From: Cytophagales bacterium
GTDB taxonomy: Bacteria > Bacteroidota > Bacteroidia > Cytophagales > Spirosomataceae
DNA: 64,000 bases
Direction: 5' to 3'
NCBI GenBank assembly: GCA_013298025.1
Contig: JAAFJE010000004.1
Location: forward strand, 178,528 to 242,527
Shown: piece after piece, positions 38,666-47,759 of the stretch
Layout of the letters: the number at the start of each line of letters is the position of its first letter
Numbering within the stretch: position 1 is the first letter of the stretch
Notes under the pieces: generated by a model
What the model saw: only the letters and a program-made list of their open reading frames with translations
Told to the model about the DNA's origin: nothing
The model's database searches: none
Made by a program: the position numbers and the translations under genes

Positions 38666-40042
38666 TTACTTCAATTCCCAATTTAAAAGTGTAGCTAATT
38701 TTTTGTATTCTTCAAACTTTTCTTTCTTATCTTCTAAACCCAACTCCTTGTTTTTCAACTGAGCTTCCAACATGGCTACACGCATCAACTGCCTGTTTCT
38801 CAGACCATTCCCTTCTTGGTCTAAATCAAATACTTTTTGTAAAATACCTGTCCAAGTCAAATATTGCGGATAAATGGTATAATTATCAACGTGTCTGCCT
38901 TTAGCTGGGTCGTAATATAATTCCTGATATACATGGCCTTCGTCGTTGAATTTCAACTCAACAATTTCCCAAGGTTCAAAAGCCGAAGCCACCAAGGGCG
39001 AGTGTGTAGCAAAGAAAAACTGTGAATCTTTTGCCATACTCGTATAAAAATTGACAATTTCAGTTTGAATATCAGGGTATAACGAACGCTCTGGCTCGTC
39101 GAAAAGAATAATAGATTTTTCGGGTTTGAGTCCGTACAAAGGCAAGGCTGTCAAAATCACTTGTTTTGTCCCTGTACTGAGTTCTTCAAAAGGAATGTCT
39201 TTGCCTTGTTGGGTTTGGATTTTGATGGTTTTAATATCTTCGGTTTTCTCAAAATCTAACTCTGTTTTTACTTTAAGGTTGAAACGGTTTAAGATTTTAT
39301 CTAAATAGTTTTCAGCCAAATCAACCAATGGATTGGGCGATGATTTACGCCATGCCAAAAACTCGCTTCTTGCTTTGAGTACTTCTTCTTGTGAAATGTT
39401 GGGATTTTGTAATATTTTTGAAATTTCCAGACTTTTTTTGATTTCTACTTCTCGGTCTTTGATGATAGCTTGATTGATGGTTGTCCAGCTACTTTGTAAG
39501 TCATAGTTACCGAAATCAAAGAATCTTTCTTTATCAATAGGTTTAAACCCTTCTGGCTCTTCTTTCAAAGATTTTTTACTTTTGGATAATTCCATTTCAC
39601 TAGGATAAAGGAACAGTTTAAATGTATTATCATCTACAGTAATTTCTTTTTCTTGTTCTATTTCTTGAAAAAAAACGTCGAATGTATCGTTAAAAGGATT
39701 GTTTGATTTATTGTCTTTGAAAAATTTAGCAGTCAAGTTGTTATTGAAAGAAACTTCTAAACCATTTAAAAATAACTCAATAAATTTATTATCATTATTA
39801 TCATTGTGAAAAGTATCCTTTGAACTGCGATGTAGATTTAAGGATTTTGCCAATACCGAAGTTACATTAGACGCTTTATATAAAATCTCAATCAAACTCG
39901 TTTTCCCCGTTCCGCTTTGTCCAATAAGACATACTTTTTCTAAGGCTTGTCCAGCTTTTGGATGTCCTTCTGGGTAGGTCAAATCCAAACGGAAGTCTTT
40001 AAATTGGTTAAATTCTTTGATGTATAATGCTGTAACTTTCAT
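38666..40042 (-). CDS. ABC-like AAA ATPase (PtuA-like)
   Basis: Walker A GQSGTGKT, signature LSTGTKQ, Walker B ILFDEPE, H-loop ATHSP; start MKVTALYI at 40042. Confidence 0.88.
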   Translation of the reverse strand: MKVTALYIKEFNQFKDFRLDLTYPEGHPKAGQALEKVCLIGQSGTGKTSLIEILYKASNVTSVLAKSLNLHRSSKDTFHNDNNDNKFIELFLNGLEVSFNNNLTAKFFKDNKSNNPFNDTFDVFFQEIEQEKEITVDDNTFKLFLYPSEMELSKSKKSLKEEPEGFKPIDKERFFDFGNYDLQSSWTTINQAIIKDREVEIKKSLEISKILQNPNISQEEVLKARSEFLAWRKSSPNPLVDLAENYLDKILNRFNLKVKTELDFEKTEDIKTIKIQTQQGKDIPFEELSTGTKQVILTALPLYGLKPEKSIILFDEPERSLYPDIQTEIVNFYTSMAKDSQFFFATHSPLVASAFEPWEIVELKFNDEGHVYQELYYDPAKGRHVDNYTIYPQYLTWTGILQKVFDLDQEGNGLRNRQLMRVAMLEAQLKNKELGLEDKKEKFEEYKKLATLLNWELK

Positions 40043-40076
40043 GGATTTTACGGAAGATTTCAGATGCAAAATAACT

Positions 40077-40104
40077 AAAAAAAGTCAGCTTTCGGGGCTG
40101 ACTT
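40077..40104 (-). terminator. intrinsic terminator
   Basis: AAGTCAGC-N7-GCTGACTT with an A-run on the + side. Confidence 0.6.
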
Positions 40105-40184
40105 CTAAAAATCTTGGTATCTTCATTGCAATTGGTAATGCCAAATTCCTTTAAATAAACACACTTTTTCAAGAAAGCCTGTTG

Positions 40185-40670
40185 CTAAAAAACAATTTTC
40201 AAGCCTACGCCATTTCCTTTTAAGGTGAGATTGATGTCTGATTTTTGCCAAAAAGAGGTACTTCTTTTGCCTTGATTATACAGTTCTACGGCTTCTTTTG
40301 CCTTTTTGTTATAAGCACCATTAATAGGCAAAGCCACCAATATCAAACCTGCCCCAATGCCAGCCATCGCCCAATTGGGTTTGCCACCGCCAATGGCTGT
40401 GCCAAGAGGCCAACCTACCATAAAGCCTCCTATACTGCCAAGAATTGTAGAAAAAGTATTATTGCTTTTGGCCGATTGAAAAATTTTGGCGGCTTGCTCG
40501 TTGCTGGCCAAAATGCCTGTGGCTTCGGCTAATGTGATAGGCTTGCCGTCTTTTAAAATGGCGTAGCTACCGCCTTTCTTTTTGAGACCTAGGGTATCTG
40601 TCGTGTTTTGGGCATGGAGTAAACTAACAAATGAAAGCAGACAAGCGATAGTTAAAAGAAGGTTTTTCAT
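40185..40670 (-). CDS. hypothetical exported/membrane protein
   Basis: Signal peptide MKNLLL..., glycine-rich hydrophobic hairpin, C-terminal beta-strand-like ...GVGLKIVF. Confidence 0.7.
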   Translation of the reverse strand: MKNLLLTIACLLSFVSLLHAQNTTDTLGLKKKGGSYAILKDGKPITLAEATGILASNEQAAKIFQSAKSNNTFSTILGSIGGFMVGWPLGTAIGGGKPNWAMAGIGAGLILVALPINGAYNKKAKEAVELYNQGKRSTSFWQKSDINLTLKGNGVGLKIVF

Positions 40671-40829
40671 GTATATAAACGGATTAAAGTTGCGAAGTAA
40701 CATTTGTATGGGTTGTATCAGCACTGGAATTTAGGTGAAATATGTTGTTTGATCAAAAATCTCTTGAAATAAGACGTTTTTCTTTTTACACAAAAGGCAT
40801 AAAGAAGGGCTGCCTTTGCAGACAGCCCA

Positions 40830-41210
40830 AAATAAGTCTATAAGCCGGATTCTGTCAATACTTCTGCGAAGTATCGTCTTATCATTTATCTCGACGCACC
40901 GTCACCGATACGCTCTATCAACCTACCCGCTGACATCGGACGAGCAGCCCTTTTTCAAAACATTGCTGTTTCTCTCGCCAGCCTATTTGGTCTTTCAACA
41001 CATGAGGTTTACCTCTGCCTCGTTTGTCACCAACCGAGCGGTAGGCTCTTACTCTACCTTTTCACCCTTACCTTTGCAGGCGGTAATTTTCTGTGGCACT
41101 GGCTGTCACAAGCTCGTCGCCAAGCTTGTGCCTTCCCGTTAGGAAGCATGTTGCTCTGTGTTGTCCAGACTTTCCTCCCTTGTTGCCAAAGGCGATAAGA
41201 CGACTTATTT
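40830..41210 (-). ncRNA. rnpB: RNase P RNA, class A
   Basis: Reverse strand contains GAGGAAAGTC near the 5' end and ACAGAATCCGGCTTAT at the 3' end; termini pair (AAATAAGTC / GACTTATTT); terminator-like hairpin follows at about 40807-40828. Confidence 0.95.
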
Positions 41211-41269
41211 CTTTGGTAAAGATAGCCGACTTTTTTGGAAAGAGCAAATCCTACTTGTTCCTTGGCTTT

Positions 41270-42670
41270 TTACAACCCATCTACCTTGATATTCAATTTG
41301 CCTTTAGCAAATACTACGGCTATGATAGACGTTGGCGTAAGGTAAACTCTGTCGGGCGTAATTTCGCTAATATTGCCGTTCATGGCAACGCCTTTGCTTA
41401 CGGTTTTGTTCAAATTGGCTTGAATCTGCTTTTTCATGTCAGATACTTGTCCGCCAATTTGAAAGGTCAACGCATCTTGCATTGTTTTGGTAAATTTTCC
41501 TTGAAAAATCCAATTAGCGGTTTTGTAAAGTAAGTTTTTGGTTTCGAGGTCGTAGTCGAAATTAGCCAAAAAAATACTCTGGGTTTGAGGGTTGTAGGTA
41601 GGTACACCTTTAAAATAGATAGTTCCATTGATACTGCCCGAAAGTCCTGCTTTGATGATGAGTTTTTCTTCGCTACCATAAACCGAAATGTCGGTTACAT
41701 TGACTACATATTTGCCATCTTTAAACGTAAACTTTTGTCCGACAAGCGTATCGGCAGTCAATTTACTAGCCTCTGTAAAAGGAATTTCGGCTACAACCCC
41801 TACTTGGAAATCGTTGGGTATTTCACTGATAATCTTCAAGTTGGGTATGTTGCTTACGGCTGGTACAACGGGCTTGTTGCCTGTGATGGTTTCGGTATAA
41901 GCTTTGATAGCGATGGTCGAACTCACTTTGTTGTTGGCAGTACTGAGCGGTGTCATCTGCAATTCGGTGGGCGTTACCTTGAGCCAAGTGCGGTATTTGT
42001 CCGACAACAAATACGGTTGTGAAGCCGTATTCCAAGCTTGAAGAATGTATTTTTTTACTTCGATATTCTTTTTTACAGCATCGTCGAGGGCTTTCAAAAA
42101 GGTACTTTGTTGCGAAACCAAGGCTTTTTCTACTAAAGGTGTTATCGGAATTTCGATACCAGCCAATTTTACAACGGGCTTTTTAATCCAATCGTAGCCT
42201 ACAGGAAAGCTTTGTACGGTGGCCTCCCAATTGGGTGAAATAGCGAATTTTGTACCAAATTTTACGTTAAAATCAAATGCCAATTCTTGTGGTGGAATTT
42301 GCATTCCCATCACTTTATAGCCTACTTTTACCCATACTTTGAGCGGTACTTTGAAGAAAAACGTTTCGTTTTGTGCGGTCACTTCAATGTTTTCACGCTT
42401 GAGGATTTTACACATGAAATTATCAGCGTTGTTGTCTTCCATGCTGTTATCTTCATAAATCGACTCTTTGATATTGCTATTGATTTGGCGTGCTACATCG
42501 CTCATCGTAATTTCAAAAGGAATACCAATCGTGGAAAGATACTTTTCGGATTGTTTGCCACTGAAAGCATACGACTCTTTGGGGGCGTTGGGGTTGGTCG
42601 CACTAGGCTTGCTACTTGCACAACCTGCCAACAAAGCTATCGAAAAAGCGGCTACAAATAAATGTTTCAT
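41270..42670 (-). CDS. DUF4403 family lipoprotein
   Basis: Lipobox LAGC; beta-rich fold with YLLSDKYRTWLKVTP and NFDYDLET motifs. Confidence 0.75.
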   Translation of the reverse strand: MKHLFVAAFSIALLAGCASSKPSATNPNAPKESYAFSGKQSEKYLSTIGIPFEITMSDVARQINSNIKESIYEDNSMEDNNADNFMCKILKRENIEVTAQNETFFFKVPLKVWVKVGYKVMGMQIPPQELAFDFNVKFGTKFAISPNWEATVQSFPVGYDWIKKPVVKLAGIEIPITPLVEKALVSQQSTFLKALDDAVKKNIEVKKYILQAWNTASQPYLLSDKYRTWLKVTPTELQMTPLSTANNKVSSTIAIKAYTETITGNKPVVPAVSNIPNLKIISEIPNDFQVGVVAEIPFTEASKLTADTLVGQKFTFKDGKYVVNVTDISVYGSEEKLIIKAGLSGSINGTIYFKGVPTYNPQTQSIFLANFDYDLETKNLLYKTANWIFQGKFTKTMQDALTFQIGGQVSDMKKQIQANLNKTVSKGVAMNGNISEITPDRVYLTPTSIIAVVFAKGKLNIKVDGL

Positions 42671-42714
42671 AGATGTTGTGATAAATGTTTAGATATGAAT
42701 GAGTTGCGTATTGC

Positions 42715-43704
42715 CTATTTGATTTTTACTTTGGTTGCACCGTACCCAAATTTCTCTTTTTGTGCATCTTCAAAAAACTTTACGTGTCGATGTCCCGAGA
42801 GTTTTTTATGAATTTCGTTGCGTAAAACGCCGTTGCCTACGCCATGAATAAACGTGATTTCGTCCATGCCATTGGCAATGGCGGCTTCAAATTGCTTCTC
42901 GAAAGTGCCCAGTTGTAGGTCGAGTATTTGCCGATTCGACATACCTGCGTGCTGTGGCGTAAGGACTTCTATGTGCAAATCAACAACACGACTGGGCTTT
43001 TGTGGCATGGCTCTTTTTTCTTCTAAAAGAGGTTTCTCAAACATTTTTTCCACAATTTTTTCTGGCTCAATTTTCACTGGAATATGTACTTCCTCGCTAT
43101 CGAGTTGGAACAAATGGGCATCTTGGTTGAGCAAGGGAGCTTTTTGTTTGTTTTTGAAAAAAGTATTAATCCTAAAACGCACGTGCTTGACCAAGGGAGC
43201 TTTGAGTTGCATAAATGCCAAACGATAAAAAAAGGCTTGAAACACAAACGTGCCCCAGTTTTCAAAGTCTTTGACAAATACCTCTTGCACTTTGACAAAC
43301 GTTTTGGCTTTGAGCATTCCCGATGCCAGTCCTTTGTGGTGTGGGTCGTTGCCTGCCGAAAGCATAAACGGTAAATCCCAGTCGGTATTGTTGATGAGGT
43401 ACTGAGAAAGTTCTCGGTCGTTTACGGGCACAAATGCCATATAAATGCCTTTGCTGGCAAGTACTTCTGTCGATGAGCCATGAAATTTATCATAGCTTTT
43501 TTGTGGCTCAAAACTGTTGCGTATATTCGGCTGTGGGCGAAACACCTTGTCTTCGATGTCGCTGATAACCACCGCTTCGGAGGTTTTTACGGGTATTCTA
43601 AAGCCGTCTTCTATTTCTACTTCAATGATATTGTTGGGCAAAATTTTGGTAACAATTCCTGCTTCACGGCCATGTACTAGCCTTACTCTATCGCCAATAT
43701 TCAT
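42715..43704 (-). CDS. DUF2027 + Smr domain protein
   Basis: N-terminal IGDRVRLV..., C-terminal VDLHIE...FIHGVGNGVLR...YGATKV. Confidence 0.88.
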   Translation of the reverse strand: MNIGDRVRLVHGREAGIVTKILPNNIIEVEIEDGFRIPVKTSEAVVISDIEDKVFRPQPNIRNSFEPQKSYDKFHGSSTEVLASKGIYMAFVPVNDRELSQYLINNTDWDLPFMLSAGNDPHHKGLASGMLKAKTFVKVQEVFVKDFENWGTFVFQAFFYRLAFMQLKAPLVKHVRFRINTFFKNKQKAPLLNQDAHLFQLDSEEVHIPVKIEPEKIVEKMFEKPLLEEKRAMPQKPSRVVDLHIEVLTPQHAGMSNRQILDLQLGTFEKQFEAAIANGMDEITFIHGVGNGVLRNEIHKKLSGHRHVKFFEDAQKEKFGYGATKVKIK

Positions 43705-43800
43705 ATACTTACAGTTGTTTTTATCTGATAAAGATACAAAGGTAAAAAGGTAATACGAATAGGCAACCATGCCAAAGATAATACTTAATTGACGAAGGTG

Positions 43801-44673
43801 TTAAAAAAACATAAGATAGCCCGACACGCCTTGATGAGGCGTAAAAGCAAGTGTTGGGGCAGGAATTTTTATCATATCGAAAACCTGAAAGACCGTTTGG
43901 AGCAAACGAGAACGAGTAGGAATTTTGGATAAATGTATGTCAAGCGAAAGGTAATAAATAGGATAAGGCTCGTAGCCCACTTGTAGGTTTTGGGCGTATT
44001 GCCCGTGTAGCATATTGTAGCCGCCGTAGCCTATTGCTATGCCCAAAAATGGCGGTAAATTACTCTTGGGCAACAGTTTACTAAGGTTGAGCGAAAGCCA
44101 ATAGGTTTGTCCGTTGTAGTCTTTCAACCATTGTTGACTTAGGTTTTTTCCTAAAAGAGTAGGGTTTTGTTGGGCAAGTGCCGTTGGATGAAACGACCAT
44201 TTGAGTTTTATTCGTTGCTGTTGGTCGAGGAGGCACAAGGCTATGCCTAGTGTATTAGCACCCATATCGCCCCACGAAAAGCCGTATTCGGGCTGTGTGC
44301 CGTCGAGTATTTCTAAGGTAGTCATACTCGCCAAACTGGTGAGCGTAGCATACAAACGGGCTTTTTTGGAGGGAATGCCCGTGGCAAGTAAAGCGTTATT
44401 TTGCATTTTACAAAGCTGATAAGCACTCAGCAGATGCCCCAATTTATCAAGTCCTTGCCAAGCGTTGTTGTCGTTATGAAACCGAAATCCCGTGCTTTTT
44501 TCGCCGTACCAAGTAGCAGAAAGATAGGCGAATCCTCCGACCAAGGCTGTTGTTTCGCACAAAAGTAAGCGTTGTAGGCGTTTGCTTGCAAGGCTATCTT
44601 GCGAAGCAGGTGTTTGTCCCCAGTTTTGAAAAGAGAGTAGCAAAAAACAAGAATAGTGTAGTAATTTGACCAT
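43801..44673 (-). CDS. DUF2279 (YfiM-like) protein
   Basis: DKLGH, EILDG...GFSWGDMGAN, KDYNGQTYWLS. Confidence 0.85.
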   Translation of the reverse strand: MVKLLHYSCFLLLSFQNWGQTPASQDSLASKRLQRLLLCETTALVGGFAYLSATWYGEKSTGFRFHNDNNAWQGLDKLGHLLSAYQLCKMQNNALLATGIPSKKARLYATLTSLASMTTLEILDGTQPEYGFSWGDMGANTLGIALCLLDQQQRIKLKWSFHPTALAQQNPTLLGKNLSQQWLKDYNGQTYWLSLNLSKLLPKSNLPPFLGIAIGYGGYNMLHGQYAQNLQVGYEPYPIYYLSLDIHLSKIPTRSRLLQTVFQVFDMIKIPAPTLAFTPHQGVSGYLMFF

Positions 44674-44883
44674 CGTTGAGAATATGTTAAAAGAACAAAA
44701 AAATAGCCTTTCCGCCACACAAGCGAGAAAGGCTATTGTTAGACGAATCTTTTAGCGATAAGTCACATGGGTATAATGGTGAATTAATGAGTTGGTTAAT
44801 TGTGAATTGAATTTTTATATTAATTTAATAAAAGGTATAAATAATTGAAAATCAATTCACTAATTCGCAACTCACCATTGAAC

Positions 44884-46164
44884 TTACAAGTGAACTTTTT
44901 CCATTTTCGGAGCAAACAAGTGCATCATGAGCCAAGCCAATAAATATGCCACTGAGCAAATAATAAAAATGACATTGTAACCAATGTTTATATTGCCTTG
45001 GTGCTTGTAGGTGTCTAGCAAATAGCCCACCAATAGCGGAAACAAAATGCCTCCTACCGAGCCAGCCATACTGCCGATGCCTACCACCGAACTGATGGCT
45101 TTGCGTGGAAACATATCGGATGCCGTCGTGAAAATATTGGCACTCCAAGCTTGGTGTGCTGCCATAGCAAGAGCAATGAGTCCTACGGCTTGCCAAATAT
45201 TGGTGCAATATTGAGCAAAAAATACAGGCACAACCGCCAAGGCAAAGCTAAACATGGCTGTTTTGCGTGCTTTAAAAACCGTCCATCCTTTGTTGATAAG
45301 AAAGCCCGATAAATACCCTCCGCCAATGCTACCGATGGTGGTAGCAGTATAAACAACCATGAGTTCGATACTGGGCTTTTTTAAATCTAAATGAAAACGT
45401 TCGCTGAAATACGAAGGCAACCAGTATAAGAAAAACCACCAGATTGGGTCGGTAAACATTTTACCAAAAACAAAAGCCCATGTTTGTCTAATTCTGAATA
45501 ATTTAAACCAATTCACGGGTTTTTGGGTATCATCCACAGGTTCTTCGGCATCGCTGTTGATAAATTCTAATTCGGCTTCGCTTACTTTGGGGTGCTTTTG
45601 AGGTTTTTCGTAATACAATTTCCAAAAAATCAACCAAATAAAGCCTACACCGCCCGTAATGATAAAGGCTTCTCGCCAGCCATACGCTCCCAAAATCCAA
45701 GGTACCATAATCGGAGCAACCACCGCACCGATATTTGCCCCAGAATTGAAAATGCCCGTAGCAAAGGCTCTTTCTTTTTTAGGAAACCATTCGGCTACGG
45801 TTTTAATGGCTGCCGGAAAGTTGCCCGATTCGCCTAAGCCTAGCAACATACGCATACTAGCCAAGCCGAATGTACTACTCACGGCGGCGTGTAGCACCGC
45901 CGCAATACTCCACCAAACCACCGAAATGGTATAGCCCAGCTTTGTGCCGATGCGGTCGATGATGCCCCCAAAAAACAAAAATCCTGTGGCGTAAGCGGCT
46001 GTAAATGCCATAATTACAGCACTGTAGTCTGATTCTGTCCAGTTAAATTCTTTTTCTAATGTAGGTTTGAGCAAGCCAATGACTTGTCGGTCGAGGTAAT
46101 TGATGGTCGTGGCAAAAAAGAGTAATACTACAATGCGCCAACGATAATTGGGAGTTTTTGACAT
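44884..46164 (-). CDS. MFS transporter, ACS/hexuronate (ExuT-like)
   Basis: INYLDRQ, LGESGNFPAAIK..AEWFPKKER..ATGIFNSGAN. Confidence 0.9.
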   Translation of the reverse strand: MSKTPNYRWRIVVLLFFATTINYLDRQVIGLLKPTLEKEFNWTESDYSAVIMAFTAAYATGFLFFGGIIDRIGTKLGYTISVVWWSIAAVLHAAVSSTFGLASMRMLLGLGESGNFPAAIKTVAEWFPKKERAFATGIFNSGANIGAVVAPIMVPWILGAYGWREAFIITGGVGFIWLIFWKLYYEKPQKHPKVSEAELEFINSDAEEPVDDTQKPVNWFKLFRIRQTWAFVFGKMFTDPIWWFFLYWLPSYFSERFHLDLKKPSIELMVVYTATTIGSIGGGYLSGFLINKGWTVFKARKTAMFSFALAVVPVFFAQYCTNIWQAVGLIALAMAAHQAWSANIFTTASDMFPRKAISSVVGIGSMAGSVGGILFPLLVGYLLDTYKHQGNINIGYNVIFIICSVAYLLAWLMMHLFAPKMEKVHL

Positions 46165-46355
46165 AACTTACGAATGGTCGTTTGTAAACAATACATATAT
46201 ATGAGTAGCAAGCAAAGACAAGAGTGCTGTGTTTTTACTCTTTTCGTCCTAAAAAATATTGACTCACTACTTGGGAAAAAAAGCAATAGACAGAATTTTG
46301 GGGTATCGTCCAAGAAAAACTCTTCTCCAAACCTCTGTGCTATGATTGAAATGTG

Positions 46356-46363
46356 TAATTTTG
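46356..46363 (+). promoter_or_regulatory. -7 box (TAATTTTG) for pheS
   Basis: TAnnTTTG match 63 bp upstream of the ATG. Confidence 0.5.
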
Positions 46364-46425
46364 TGGTTTATTGCGGATATACCATCTGCAATGTACAGAC
46401 TCGCAACGTGGAAATCTAGAAATAC

Positions 46426-47463
46426 ATGCAAGAGAAGATTCAAGAATTACAACAGCAAGTAAGCGATTACTTGATTGAAAACAAAGAACAACTAGAAGCA
46501 TTCCGAGTAGGATATGTAGGACGCAAAAGCGTAATTGGAGCTTTGTTTGATGGTTTAAAAGATGTACCTGCCGAACAACGCCGTGAAGTAGGACAGCAAT
46601 TGAATGCCCTGAAAGATTTTGCTCAAAATAAATTTAATGAATATCAGGCTTTGATGGAAGCCGCCAAAGACAGTGCTGTAAGTATTGAATTTGATTTGAC
46701 ATTGCCTGTTATTCCTCAAGAAAATGGCACGTTACATCCACTTAGTTTAGTAAGAGCCAGAATCATTGAGATTTTTGAAAAAATGGGCTTTAATGTCTCG
46801 GATGGCCCAGAAATTGAATCAGATTTTTACAATTTTACTGCCTTAAATTTTGCCGAAAATCACCCTGCACGTGAAATGCAAGATACGTTTTTTGTGGAGA
46901 AAAAAGGCGGAAACGTTGCCGACGATATGCTATTAAGAACGCATACGTCTAACGTTCAGATTCGACTTATGCAAAACAAAAAGCCCCCTTTGCGTTCGAT
47001 TATGCCCGGTCGAGTATATCGCAACGAGGCTATTTCGGCAAGGGCTCACTGCTTGTTTCACCAAGTAGAAGGTTTGTATGTAGATAAAAACGTAGGTTTC
47101 AAAGACTTGAAAGATACCTTGTATCATTTTGCCAAAGAAATGTTTGGAAAAGATACCAAGGTGCGTTACCGTCCGTCGTATTTTCCTTTTACTGAGCCAT
47201 CGGCCGAGATAGATATTTCTTGTTTGATTTGTAAAGGCAAAGGTTGTAATGTATGTAAATATACGGGTTGGGTAGAAATTGCTGGTTCGGGCATGGTGGA
47301 CCCCAATGTACTGGAAAACTGTGGCATCGATTCAAACGAATACACAGGTTTTGCCTTCGGTATGGGTATCGAGCGTATTACGATGTTGAAATATGGCATC
47401 AAAGATTTACGCCTATTTACCGAAAACGACGTGCGTTTCTTGCGTCAGTTTGAAGGCTTGTAA
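46426..47463 (+). CDS. pheS: phenylalanine--tRNA ligase alpha subunit
   Basis: HPAREMQDTF, RTHTSNVQIR, FHQVEG, YFPFTEPSAE, GFAFGMGIER. Confidence 0.98.
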   Translation: MQEKIQELQQQVSDYLIENKEQLEAFRVGYVGRKSVIGALFDGLKDVPAEQRREVGQQLNALKDFAQNKFNEYQALMEAAKDSAVSIEFDLTLPVIPQENGTLHPLSLVRARIIEIFEKMGFNVSDGPEIESDFYNFTALNFAENHPAREMQDTFFVEKKGGNVADDMLLRTHTSNVQIRLMQNKKPPLRSIMPGRVYRNEAISARAHCLFHQVEGLYVDKNVGFKDLKDTLYHFAKEMFGKDTKVRYRPSYFPFTEPSAEIDISCLICKGKGCNVCKYTGWVEIAGSGMVDPNVLENCGIDSNEYTGFAFGMGIERITMLKYGIKDLRLFTENDVRFLRQFEGL

Positions 47464-47530
47464 GGTTATTCCTGAATGTTGATGCTTTGCTCGTACAAGT
47501 ATCAATCATACTGCAATGCTATATAGCTCC

Positions 47531-47580
47531 AAGCCATTAGCTATTTTGGTGCAAGACTAAAATAGCCGATGGCTTTTATT
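47531..47580 (+). terminator. intrinsic terminator after pheS
   Basis: AAGCCATTAGCTATTTTGG...CTAAAATAGCCGATGGCTT followed by TTATT. Confidence 0.65.
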
Positions 47581-47759
47581 GTAGTATAAGGCGTTTTTAA
47601 CACATTTTAACGTAGTAAAAGACAATATACCAAGCCTATTTTACTATTTTTGGTTTCGCTATTACGGCCATACCTCGGCTATAGCACATTGAGTTCCGTT
47701 TGTATAAAAGTAACATTCAAACACATTATAGACTTTATAACAGAATAACGTATTCCTAG

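Noticed and set aside
40050-40830. Retron ncRNA or RT associated with the PtuAB-like pair
   Set aside because: No reverse transcriptase ORF; the adjacent structured RNA is RNase P
46170-46425. T-box leader before pheS
   Set aside because: No T-box consensus or terminator/antiterminator seen; the promoter box is only about 60 bp from the ATG
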